DNA of 64,000 nucleotides from Orbicella franksi (Eukaryota): NCBI GenBank assembly GCA_964199315.1, contig OZ116709.1, positions 23,808,001 to 23,872,000 of the forward strand, read 5' to 3'. Shown piece by piece: positions 48,881 to 58,960 of this stretch (position 1 is its first letter; each line of letters starts with the position of its first letter). The notes under the pieces were generated by a model. It saw only the letters and a program-made list of their open reading frames with translations, ran no database searches and was not told where the DNA came from. The position numbers and the translations under genes were made by a program.

Positions 48881-51800
48881 ATGGAGCATATATTTACTCT
48901 TCTCCTCTGCCTGGTCTTTTCTGCGAGCACAGCGAGTTCACGGAAATCTGAAATGTTCATCTCCCCGAAAGGTAACGACACGCGATCGTGTGGGGAACGA
49001 AATGATCCGTGTCAAACGTTAGAGTATGTTTATGAATTGCTTTTGCCTTCAGGGTTTAATTCGACGGTTTTGCGACTTGACAAAGGAGAGTACAATCTTC
49101 GTAAAAGTCTTACTTTTGAGAAAGTGAAACATTTCAGCATATTTGGAGGATACGGCGAATCTGCCTCGAATGTCGACGTCGAAATAACTTGCGAACCCAA
49201 TGGAAGCCTCGCCTTCTTCCTCAGTGAAAACATAACTCTTCAAGGTCTCAAACTGTTGAACTGCGGAGGATGGCAAGAGGCTGCTATTTCGTCTCCTCTT
49301 TCCAAATTCAAGACAGCCATTCATTTTGACTATTGCAGAAATATTTGGATGCGAAGCGTCCAGATATCAGGTTCGGTAGGTCACGCGGCAAATTTCTACG
49401 AAATCGGAGGCGTGTTAGAAGTGACGGACTGTATTTTTGAGAACAACACAGCAGGTTCGGACGCCTATCCTATTCAATCTACCCATAGGCCAGAAAAAGA
49501 ACAGAACGGGTTCCATTATATCACTTCCGGTGGAGGTATTTTCCTGAAATTAAACAACTTCACTCGGCATCGTCCAAGCTTCACGAATGTGACGTCAGCC
49601 GAGCATGACACTTATATCCATGGCAACCGTTACACCTTCACGAACTGCAGCTTTCTCAGAAACGAAGTTACCAGAGCGTCGGTTTCCCCGGACTATTTCC
49701 AAGAAAGGTTTGAGAATCCGTTCAGCGGCCAAGGAGGTGGTTTGGGAATATCCATGGTGGGTTATGCTAGCAATTCCTCAGTGCTCATTCAAAACTGTAC
49801 GTTTTTGGCAAACAAAGCACCGTGGGGAGGGGGCCTGATGGTCGAGTTTGCTGATGCGAGTAGCAGAAACGTCCTCCTGGTCGAAAACAGTGTATTTGAT
49901 GGTAACGTTGGACGCTCGGCTGGTGGAGGAGCTCGTGTAGGGAACATGCTAACACCAGGTGTCTCTGTTCCACTGAACAAAGTTCGTTTCGTGAACTCGG
50001 TGTTTCGAGATAACTGGGGCCAGTGGGGAGGGGGTGTCTCTGTCTATGGCACCTCTATTTTTTGCAAATGCAAACACAAGTTCAACAGCGAAAGTATTTT
50101 CTCTTTCCAATCGTGTCAGTGGAGGGGAAACAAGGGAACTGTTGGATCGGCCATAGCTGCGTTCCTGTTTAATCAAAATAGAGATCACATCGGCCCCGAA
50201 ATTTCGTTTCATGTCGATTTTAACCATAGTCAAGTGGAAAACAACCAAGTCGAAATTCATGAAAGAAATGTTCTCATCGGAGAAGGGGCGATCTACAGCG
50301 TGGATGTATCGATCACTTTTCGAGGAAACACAACCATCAGGAACAACAATTTTACCGCACTTGTCTTAGATGGTGGAACACTAGAACTTCACGGCAACGT
50401 TGAATTTGTTGGCAACAGAGGATTTCGAGGAGGAGCAGTGGCAATGTACGGAAATTCACGGATTATACTGATGAAGAAATCGAGACTCTTTTTCAAGCAG
50501 AACTCATGTTCAGATAAAGGGGGAGCTATGTTCATCCAGACCCCTGGGTCTCCGCAGATTAGCTATGGTGTATCTGGAGATAACCCAAATGCTTGCTTCT
50601 TTGGTTACGAGGATAGCTGGAGTAACTTCGATGACTGGGACACGCGAGTAATTTTTCAAGATAACCAAGCACTCGACAATTCCTCCGGACACTCTGTTTT
50701 TGTTACAAGTCTTAAAAAATGCCGTAAGCCTGGGGAGACACGACTAAACAACTCCGTATTGGACTGGAAGTTTATTGAATACATCCGCACGTCGGAGAAG
50801 TCGTCGCGACGTTTAAATCAAACTGATAAACGAGAAGTCGTCACGAATCCTGTGGATATCGTCTACAGGAGGGGTGACTGGAATGTCTCCCCAAGTGAAG
50901 TTTTTAACCCAGTTGTTCAGCTACGCGACGAGAAGAACAATCCTGTTCGTGGAATTATAGAAGTCTCAGTGATGAATTCTACGAAAGGAGAAGATTCTAC
51001 TTCTGTACATTTACAAACATCTTCGTCGCTCTTTGTAGCTGATGGAAACATCTCTCGCCTCAAACTGGGAGGCGACGTTGGAGGCGAATTCACAGTGGTT
51101 CTTCGGCATATCGGAAGACAAATTCTGCAGAGGAACATTCAAGTGACATCTTTGAAACGTTGTAATCCTGGATTCTATCTCAAGGATGGAAGTTGCGTGT
51201 GCCACGAGCAATCTGAGGGTGTCTCAAGATGCGACAAAAGTGGAAAGACCGTTTATCTTAAACGTGGTTTCTGGGCTGGAATGGTGGATGGGAACTTTAC
51301 TTCTTATCGTTGTCCACATGGCCTCTGCAACTGCCCTCAGGGTCATGCTTTGTTACTTGCTGAGGATGAATGTGTCTTTATCGTTGAAGAAATGTGTGCA
51401 GGTAACAGAGAGCCGGGGAGTATTTTGTGTGGGAAATGCCGGACGGGTTTCAGCGTGGTGTTTGGTCACCGTAGCTGCTTTGAGTGTGGAAAGTATGGCT
51501 ATCTTCTTATGATACCAATATACCTGGTCGTAATATTTGGAGTGATAAGTCTAGCAATGATTTTTGACGTTGACGCATTCACAGGGTGGCTGAATGGTTG
51601 TTTGTACTTCTACCAAGTGATGTGGCAAGTCGTCGGAGAACAATTCATGTTCAGAGACTATTTTATGTTCTTTATCCTCAATTTGGTCAATTTCCGCCTG
51701 TGGATTGGAACTCACTTTTGCTTTTCGTCTCATTTGGATTACGCAGATAAGCTTTTCATTCAGCTTTTAACGCCTGCTTTCGTTTTGTTTGCGGTTGTCG

Positions 51801-52639
51801 CTCTGGCCAAGTTAGTGGGCAAGTACCCAAATTGGTGCTTCAGTCGGCGAGTGAAGGCACCCTTCCGCGCCATCTGCACCATCATTGTCCTCTGTTACAC
51901 AGGCATCACTTCAGCATGCCTAGAGATTCTGCACCCTACAGTTATTGGTGACAAGACAGTGCTATACGTCAGTGGGCACACGGACTTCTTTAGAGGCAAG
52001 CATGCTGTCTATGGAAGTATTGCTGTCTTATTCCTTGTTTTCTTCGTGGTTCCATTTCCGTTGATTCTGATGTTCCGACCTTTCTTCACGCGGTGCCTTA
52101 AGCCAGTGTTAAACCTAAACCGCTTCAAACCAATCTTTGACGTGCTTCAGAGCTGCTTCAAGGACCAACATCGATGGTTTGCAGCTTTTTACTTCATTTG
52201 TCGCCTGGTCGTGCTGCTGATAGCCACGTATGTTCCATCTGGTCCCGTAAATCGGTCGCTTTTGGAGGTCACCTGCATTACGATCCTGTTAATCTTTTCC
52301 TACGTGAGACCCTACAAAAGATCTGAGGAAGGCAAAGATGGCGAGGCATGTAATTACGTCTTGGCGAACAGGTCAGACGCTCTCCTCTTATGGAACCTGT
52401 CCATCATGGCGGCCTTCAGTTCAGCCACTGAAAACGATGATATCCAGGAACGCCACAAAGCCGCCTTGAGGGTACTCATTCAAATCATGGCTTATGGCCC
52501 GTTTGCTGTAAAAGCCTGGGTTTTGTACAGGAAGACCAGAGTGCGTTGCGACAGTGGGTGGTGCAAAGACGACGAAGACCTAGACTTTCCTTCAGAAACG
52601 GTGGTGCACAAAGCAGGATCAGGAGCCTTGGATAGGTAA
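48881..52639 (+). CDS. Intronless 1252-aa orphan membrane protein: signal peptide, pectin-lyase-like beta-helix with Pmp-type GG[AG][ILV]/FxxN repeats, beta-sandwich linker, Cys-rich stalk, about 8-9 TM helices
   Basis: Uninterrupted 3759-nt ORF with ATG. Signal MEHIFTLLLCLVFSASTASS; cap motif FISPKGNDTRSCGERNDPCQTL; alternating FENN/FLRN/FLAN/FDGN/FRDN/FVGN/FKQN/FQDN and GGGI/GGGL/GGGA/GGGV/GGAV/GGAM motifs; Cys-rich block CNPGFY...CPHGLCNC...LCGKCRTGF...CFEC; hydrophobic helices in the last ~390 aa. Confidence 0.93.
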   Translation: MEHIFTLLLCLVFSASTASSRKSEMFISPKGNDTRSCGERNDPCQTLEYVYELLLPSGFNSTVLRLDKGEYNLRKSLTFEKVKHFSIFGGYGESASNVDVEITCEPNGSLAFFLSENITLQGLKLLNCGGWQEAAISSPLSKFKTAIHFDYCRNIWMRSVQISGSVGHAANFYEIGGVLEVTDCIFENNTAGSDAYPIQSTHRPEKEQNGFHYITSGGGIFLKLNNFTRHRPSFTNVTSAEHDTYIHGNRYTFTNCSFLRNEVTRASVSPDYFQERFENPFSGQGGGLGISMVGYASNSSVLIQNCTFLANKAPWGGGLMVEFADASSRNVLLVENSVFDGNVGRSAGGGARVGNMLTPGVSVPLNKVRFVNSVFRDNWGQWGGGVSVYGTSIFCKCKHKFNSESIFSFQSCQWRGNKGTVGSAIAAFLFNQNRDHIGPEISFHVDFNHSQVENNQVEIHERNVLIGEGAIYSVDVSITFRGNTTIRNNNFTALVLDGGTLELHGNVEFVGNRGFRGGAVAMYGNSRIILMKKSRLFFKQNSCSDKGGAMFIQTPGSPQISYGVSGDNPNACFFGYEDSWSNFDDWDTRVIFQDNQALDNSSGHSVFVTSLKKCRKPGETRLNNSVLDWKFIEYIRTSEKSSRRLNQTDKREVVTNPVDIVYRRGDWNVSPSEVFNPVVQLRDEKNNPVRGIIEVSVMNSTKGEDSTSVHLQTSSSLFVADGNISRLKLGGDVGGEFTVVLRHIGRQILQRNIQVTSLKRCNPGFYLKDGSCVCHEQSEGVSRCDKSGKTVYLKRGFWAGMVDGNFTSYRCPHGLCNCPQGHALLLAEDECVFIVEEMCAGNREPGSILCGKCRTGFSVVFGHRSCFECGKYGYLLMIPIYLVVIFGVISLAMIFDVDAFTGWLNGCLYFYQVMWQVVGEQFMFRDYFMFFILNLVNFRLWIGTHFCFSSHLDYADKLFIQLLTPAFVLFAVVALAKLVGKYPNWCFSRRVKAPFRAICTIIVLCYTGITSACLEILHPTVIGDKTVLYVSGHTDFFRGKHAVYGSIAVLFLVFFVVPFPLILMFRPFFTRCLKPVLNLNRFKPIFDVLQSCFKDQHRWFAAFYFICRLVVLLIATYVPSGPVNRSLLEVTCITILLIFSYVRPYKRSEEGKDGEACNYVLANRSDALLLWNLSIMAAFSSATENDDIQERHKAALRVLIQIMAYGPFAVKAWVLYRKTRVRCDSGWCKDDEDLDFPSETVVHKAGSGALDR

Positions 52640-52863
52640 AAATGGCCTCCTCCTCAGCACTATTGAATTTACTGTCCGAAACCATCAGGGTTTCCGATTT
52701 TCCGCCAAAATTCAGTGACCCAGCACTGAAGATGGTGTTTCTTGACAAGCAGACACGACAGCTTTTGGACTGTTTGTGCTATTTTACATTGTTCATTGAT
52801 AATTGCAAACACTTCTGTCACTGTTACTTTACTGGAATAATCATAGTTGAGTTTAAATTTTGT

Positions 52864-53356
52864 TATATCTCTCAGTTAGTATGCGCGCTGTGATTGGTCA
52901 ATTTAGCGGGCCGTATTCTACTGTACGGCCCGCTAAAATTTAAAGCTATTTTTGTTGTCAAAATGTTTGATTTATCGCCATGTGTTCTTAACCTCTTTAG
53001 CAAGTAAGAGTTTAAAACTTTCTTTTACTTCTGAAATTGTGAATTGAAACCTGCTAACGACTTAAGAGTCACTTAACACTGATTTCAAATTGACTCGTTT
53101 TGCTTTCGAGGTGCGTCAGAAATTTGAAGCCGTTCCGCGTGAATAGAAATCGTTCCCGATCCCGTCAGACACACAATAGAGATATAATAAATATGTTACT
53201 AACCTCGTTTTCTCGGTCCGTACTGTAAGTTACGGATCCTCGTTTCCCCCTTCGAATTATGGCCCGCGCGCTTCGCGCTTGGGCCATAAATCGATGGGGG
53301 AAAAACTCGGTCCGTAACTTACAGTACGGCCCTCGAACTCGGTTAGTAAGAGGTAT
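52864..53356. mobile_element. Dispersed non-autonomous repeat, ~490 bp
   Basis: Internal inverted motifs gggccgtattctactgtacggccc, ggtccgtactgtaagttacgga / tccgtaacttacagtacggccc and ctaacctcg / cggttag. The family is recalled as a common coral repeat. Confidence 0.55.
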
Positions 53357-53927
53357 CGACTAAAAAGGGTCTGAAGCGGGAGCCATTATGACGTGGCCAG
53401 CTGATTCTGTTATGGCCAAGAGTATAAGCAGTCGGGTTAAGACTAAACAATCAGCCTTAATGTGGGGCATAAAATTTCAAGCTCTAGGACATTTTCAATT
53501 TCTTGAGATGGAAAAAGTAGTTTCCACAGAAACCAGCCAGCATTTGCTTGTGTGCAATAACTTCATTTTCAATTAATGTAAGCTAAGAGATTTAATTACA
53601 GGAACAAAGAAATAACGACAAGAAAAATCGCTTTGTTTCGCGAAATAGTTTTGGCTATGTTGTGGTTCAATTTTATCCTTGGTTCAACATTAACTTTTTC
53701 TTTGTTTTGGTGAGTATAAAACAAAGAAAAAATTGAAACTGAACCAAGGTTAAAATTGTAACACAACCATGTACCACAAGTTATCACAAGGGAATACTGT
53801 TTAGATTGATATTTTTTGCAGAGATTTATTTCTGCCCATTAATCCAGACGTGATTTTGTTGTTGCACGATCAGCGACATTGCTATCAGTGACTGATTCAG
53901 TCTTGCATACAAGGTGAAGGGCCGGTG

Positions 53928-54279
53928 CCCGGTAGGGGGGGGGGGGAAGGTAATCGACAAAGTTTTATACGGGGAGGCTGCGCCCCAATGTTCAAACCCT
54001 TACCCTTTTGTCTACCATTTAATAGCAAAGCTACTACATTACATCTCGTTTCTAAACCCTTGAAAAGAGGTTTATGGTGTAAAGCTTAATAAATTAGATG
54101 ACACAGCCGTAAGGTGCTTCTGTTAGAAGTATTATAATTTTAAGTCACCTTTAAACACCTAAATAACAGATTACCCTGCCCATTCATGTACCTGTCGTTT
54201 TACTTACCTGAAGCTTGGAAAAGGCACCCCTTTCGGGCGGAGCCTCCCTGCATAAGCCATTATAGGAAGTACCCCCCGG
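53928..54279. mobile_element. MITE with cccgg(g)n...gtaccccccgg termini
   Basis: Termini cccggtagggggg / gtaccccccgg. A related left end cccggcgggggagggtactccc lies at 60302. Confidence 0.5.
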
Positions 54280-55446
54280 AGTTGGTGAAAAAAGGTTGTG
54301 GGTAGGATAGCAAGACAGTTGTAGAGAGTTGGCCGAAGAGACGGGGTCCAGGCCCCTTGGCCTGGATGCAAAATGACGATTTCTGAGGTGATGGCGCCAA
54401 ACAATCGATTGGTGTTTGCAATATAAAGATTTAACCAATCCGTCACTAAGAAAGATTGGATTGTGACATGTATGTTTTTTATCATATCAATTCACAGGTT
54501 TCTACTATTGCTGGCTCGTTGGTTAGTGAAAACAGCTCAGAGTTCGACTTCTAGCGAAAATCAAATGTCATTTTTTTTTATCAATGAGCAAGTGTTCAAT
54601 TTTATATTAACCAGTAAGCCGTAAAGTTCACAAAAAAAAATAGTTTCCTTAACAACGCTTGGTTTCTTCAAGATGTCTTAGGAAAAAAAACTGTCTTCAG
54701 CATCGATGAAAATTAAGGTTCTCTGCCCATTTATGAAGGGGTTTTGCATTCCTGTAACGAAGTCGTTCCGCAGTTTTCTCATTGTCAGGGTGTGTGCTCA
54801 ACACTTTATCGACAACCAAACATGTCCAGTGTTTGGACCATACAAGAAAGATTGTAAGAACACGAAGAAACCAAACTAAAACAAAAACAATAACAATAAA
54901 AAAATAAAAAAAAATCGTGGATCACTTTGTTTCCTCAAAAATTCAAATGACACAGCGATAAGCTGCGGTAAAGACCACTGTATCCTTTCATACTGTTTAC
55001 CACATCCAGAACACAACAAAAATATGAAGGTTTTATTAAAATTCAAGAAAAAGTCAAGTTAGTCAATTCGAGGCTGTGTTGCATGGCTTCATGGAGTGGC
55101 AGTTTTTGTGTGAAGCTGTTTACACAAAAGTTTTCAATTTTATTCACCACTTATTACAAATACACAACTTGGTTGTGAGACACACGTGGAATGTTTCTGA
55201 GAACTGAAGGAACCCGTGGTTATTCACTAGGTAATATGACGTAAACATGTGACGTCATGCTGGCCAATGTTCTCCTTTGGAGTCCCGTGGGCTTGTTCCC
55301 ATTGCTTACACTGGACTATTTCAATGAAAAGAGCCATACAAAACGACAAAAATGCAGGTTTTTTTCCTTTTTCTCGTCACCCTGACTTATTTACGACATC
55401 CAAGGCAACCTTTAATTTACAGGAGAAAGAGCTGGACCGATAAATC

Positions 55447-58400
55447 TTAGTCTTTCAACTTGTTCCGCTCTCGAACCGGCGTTTCTGCGCCCTCGAGCCA
55501 ACGTTTTCGTTGAATTCGTCCCAGGCTCCTCGCCTTTTCGAAATGCCGTCTAAACAGTGTGGAGTAGACGTCTGGATCATTCCCACGCGGACCGGGCTCA
55601 AACACATTCTGACGCAAAAGCTTCGGGATATTTCCCGCGGGTTTATAAAGAGCTACGACGTACATGGGCCCTGATTGAGTAATAGAGCTTTTAGCGCATC
55701 CAATTCCAACTTCCTTTGTGTCCTTCCATATTACCTTGGATTTACAATGAAGAAAACATGTTGATTAATAACACAATATGTAACACTTAAGGCGGGGGTT
55801 AACATAAAGGCCGTATTTTTGCTGGGTATTATATATGGTTTGAATGCAAACATCTCGTTCACGTTTCAAGCAGTGAAAAATCTCTCTGCTCATTTTACGT
55901 AGCTACGTTTTCGGCCGTTTTGTAAATTTTTTGGTGATTTTTGAGTATATTTGGGGATAAATAGTTTTTCTCAAAGAACTAGTAAAATTTATGGAAATAT
56001 GAAATTTTGAAGATTTGATGCTGTTTTAAAATTAGAATTTGAAGTTAGAAATTGGTAGACGTACACCAAACAGTTGCCCACCAACCCGGGGAGCCCTTTT
56101 GGGGGCAATCAACTGTCTGGTAGTGTTCCAAACCCCTTTTTTTCCTTTTAATCTCTCTTTAAACTTCCTAAAATTTCACTTAAATTCACGTTTACCCCCG
56201 CCTTAATCTTCCCCAACAAAAAATAGAAAGCTGTCACATTTAAATATAAGGCCTGGGGTAGGAGTCCATCACTAGGAGCGTACAATTACCCCATATTCCT
56301 GTCACCGTGTTTTCACAGACCGATAATAATAATAATAATTATGAATTTGCTGTTTAGACCGATCTATTTTCAGTTTGAATTTACCGCGAATTCAGACCCC
56401 CGTAGGAACCTCAGTGACCAATCACAAGAAGGGACTTAATTTTTGACTCAGTGACGTCATCATTTCACCAGAAGATTAATAAAAAAAAATAATTTTGTTA
56501 CTTACCGATGCGCTCTCATGTAGACCGGAACTGACCTATTTCATGGGAAAAGAAGTCTAAACTACGTTGGCAGCGTTTATCGTATGCGGTACTTTGCAGT
56601 TTCTGGTTTCTCTAAAAATAGACTAGTCTAAAAAAAATGCCATGACACAGGTTTAGTATGGGAGTTGTATGCTCTCAGTGAGGGGCTCCTGTTGGGGTGT
56701 ATAGACGGGAGTAGTCTTACCTTCTTCTGAATAAGGAAAAGTTAAAATATTCTCTAACCTGAGTGAAAGTGTCAGTGTCAGCATTGAGCCTTGGGTCTGA
56801 GTAGCTGTAGTTTTTGGCCTGGCTGTACCATAAGTTTGTGGCGATTTCTCCCGCGTCCTCACATGCCATGGAACCTTGATTACATGAAAATAACATAGTA
56901 ACTATTAGTAATTATTATACATTGAACTAACTATCTCTTTTCTGATTGGCCGAAAGCGTACAGTGAATTTTCGAAATCAGCACCTGTGACGTCATCTAGC
57001 TGCAGATTATACAATAATCATGTCAGGGACACTCAAGGTCACGGGTAATCATGTCACGGGTAATCAATTTTTTTGGGACAGAATTAACATTAAGAACGTT
57101 TACGAACCCTTTATTTCCAAGCGGTCTACAAGAAATCTCGGTGCAAAGACACATTTTATCCACAGACACTCTTTACATATTGCATCCATATATGCAAACC
57201 ACTGAATATATAAGAAATGGAACCTCATAGCAGGCAGGGATAGCCTTGTTTTCTTAACAGTGAAATGACGAAAAAAATTCATGCTTGCCCAAGTATAAAT
57301 AAATCAACCGAACGACGTCCTCGCGTACCTCATCATCAGTCCGCCATTCTTTCCACCGTTGCAGCCAATCTGAGCCCGCAAGCAGTGCTAGGGTTGCACA
57401 GAAAGCTGCGCAGTGCGTTTTTCCGCTCTGAAAGCCTTCACACCAACCGCATTCCCAGGCTCTCTCTCCTTTGCCCCTCTTTTTCGTTGAAAGGAAAGAG
57501 AGCCTGGGAACGAGGTTGTCTTCGCACATTAATCGTCGTTTTTTTTGTTTATATGTTCATACCTGCTAGCTTAGCCATGTTTTGACCTAGGTCCGTGGCA
57601 GAATCTTTTCTTCCAGAGTGCATGTCCTGTGTCGCTAAACTCTGTGCTATGGCCTGAGCTTCAGTAGCAAGGCCTTCTGACCAGTTTAGAAAGGGAGAAT
57701 GGTGCAGAGCACGGTACCTGTTATGAGCCTGCAGTGCTTGGTGAGGCTGTGCAGCAATCTTTGGTGTAACTGAATTAAGAGCTTTAAATTGTAATCAGAA
57801 GCATATCACCTAGTAATATATATGTGTCACTTTATAGCTAGCTCCGTGAGCAAGCGAGATGATATAAACCAAGAGCGGGAAAAATGGCGGTGTCTTGCAC
57901 ACTTGATCGGGACTGCCCGCAGTTTTCCACAAGAAAATAGTGAACTCTGTGCCATGTAATAAATCCTTTATTGAACGAGTTTTTCGGTCAATTTGGCTAG
58001 ATATTGTCCTTTTTCGCCAGATTATGTGCCTGGACTGTTTCTCAGTTCATAGAGGCAGGCAGACAAAGAACTTCGTCAACATTCAGCCATCTTGACAGAA
58101 CAAGTTTGGTCAAAATATTAATAACCCATTTATCTCTGCTCTAATTGTCCAATAATTAAATTGTGCTCAAATGAGCTTATTGAGAAGCGTTTTGCGAAAA
58201 AGGCTATAATCGTCAAGTACCCTTAGGTAGACTGTTTGTAATGAATACCACATTGTCTATCCACCAATTGAAACCCTGAAGACTTATGAAACAAAAAAAC
58301 ACTGAATGCCGGAGAGAACGTACCTTGTACTTTGTCGCTAACACCAACATGACACGGAACTGAGAGAAAAACAAACACAACAGAAAGACAAGGATCAAGC

Positions 58401-58960
58401 GATCAGATTTAAAATGAATACACAAGTTACTTGGTGTTTCCCAAACAGTTGTTGGTTTTTGCTTTGCGTTGTGTTGGTATAGCTATTTTTTATTTTATTT
58501 GGAGTCTTTTATTTTACGGTGTTGATAATCGAAGCATTAAGAGTACATTGATTACCCAGGAGCTGTCCTACCGAGTGACTGGCGAATTGATTAACCACGG
58601 AAATTAAAGACCGCGTCTGCTCTAAGGCAAAACCCTGATTAAAACGTTTTCCGGATAACAAAAGAAATAACAAAAACAAACAACAATAACAACAACGACA
58701 ACAAACAAAGGAGGGAAATCCCTGGCGTTTTCTTTCCTTCCGTCCTGATTAAACTGCTTTAAGGTAATAAAGTATTTAGAATACAAGCCGTGGTTCTGTT
58801 TTTCACAAGACAGTTTTAACGACACAAGCAAAAAATGAAATTTTCTATGATTTTTAAAACTTACGCTATGACCTGTATATTTATATATTCTCAGCTTTTA
58901 TTACTTACTCCAGAATAACACGAGAAATATAAGAGTATCAACCCAGCTTTCCCTGAACAT
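55447..58960 (-). CDS. Secreted CAP (SCP/PR-1/GAPR-1-like) domain protein, ~232 aa, 5 coding exons
   Basis: Exons 58909-58960, 58324-58359, 57563-57769, 56759-56874 and 55447-55734 join in frame (699 nt, GT-AG). Signal MFRESWVDTLIFLVLFWIPCHVG. CAP motifs: ALQAHNRYRALHHSPFLNWSEGLATEAQ, GQNMA, LWYSQAKNYSY, FTQVIWKDTKEVGIGCA, YVVALYKPAGN, NV. The ATG exon has an acceptor at 58986, so a further upstream exon is expected. Confidence 0.88.
55791..56202. mobile_element. Kolobok-like MITE (TTAA TSD, purine-purine terminus) in CAP intron 4
   Basis: TTAA|ggcgggggt ... acccccgcc|TTAA; 412 bp. Confidence 0.75.
56355..56630. mobile_element. MITE (~276 bp) in CAP intron 4
   Basis: Imperfect TIRs tagaccgatctattttcag / ctaaaaatagactagtcta. 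Confidence 0.55.
57444..57517. mobile_element. Mini-MITE, same family as 12715-12771
   Basis: caaccgcattcccaggctctc / gagagcctgggaacgaggttg. Confidence 0.7.

Noticed and set aside
48881-52639. Bacterial contamination or chlamydial autotransporter gene
   Set aside because: No Shine-Dalgarno or operon context, the C-terminus is alpha-helical multi-pass rather than a beta-barrel, the stalk is Cys-rich, and the flanks are host-type MITEs.
56506-56611. Apparent minus-strand exon with good acceptor and GTAAGT donor inside the CAP gene
   Set aside because: Stops occur in all three frames, it lies inside a MITE, and the CAP frame is complete without it.
58865-58872. Possible 8-nt microexon in CAP intron 1
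   Set aside because: The upstream intron would be only 36 nt and inclusion would shift the frame.
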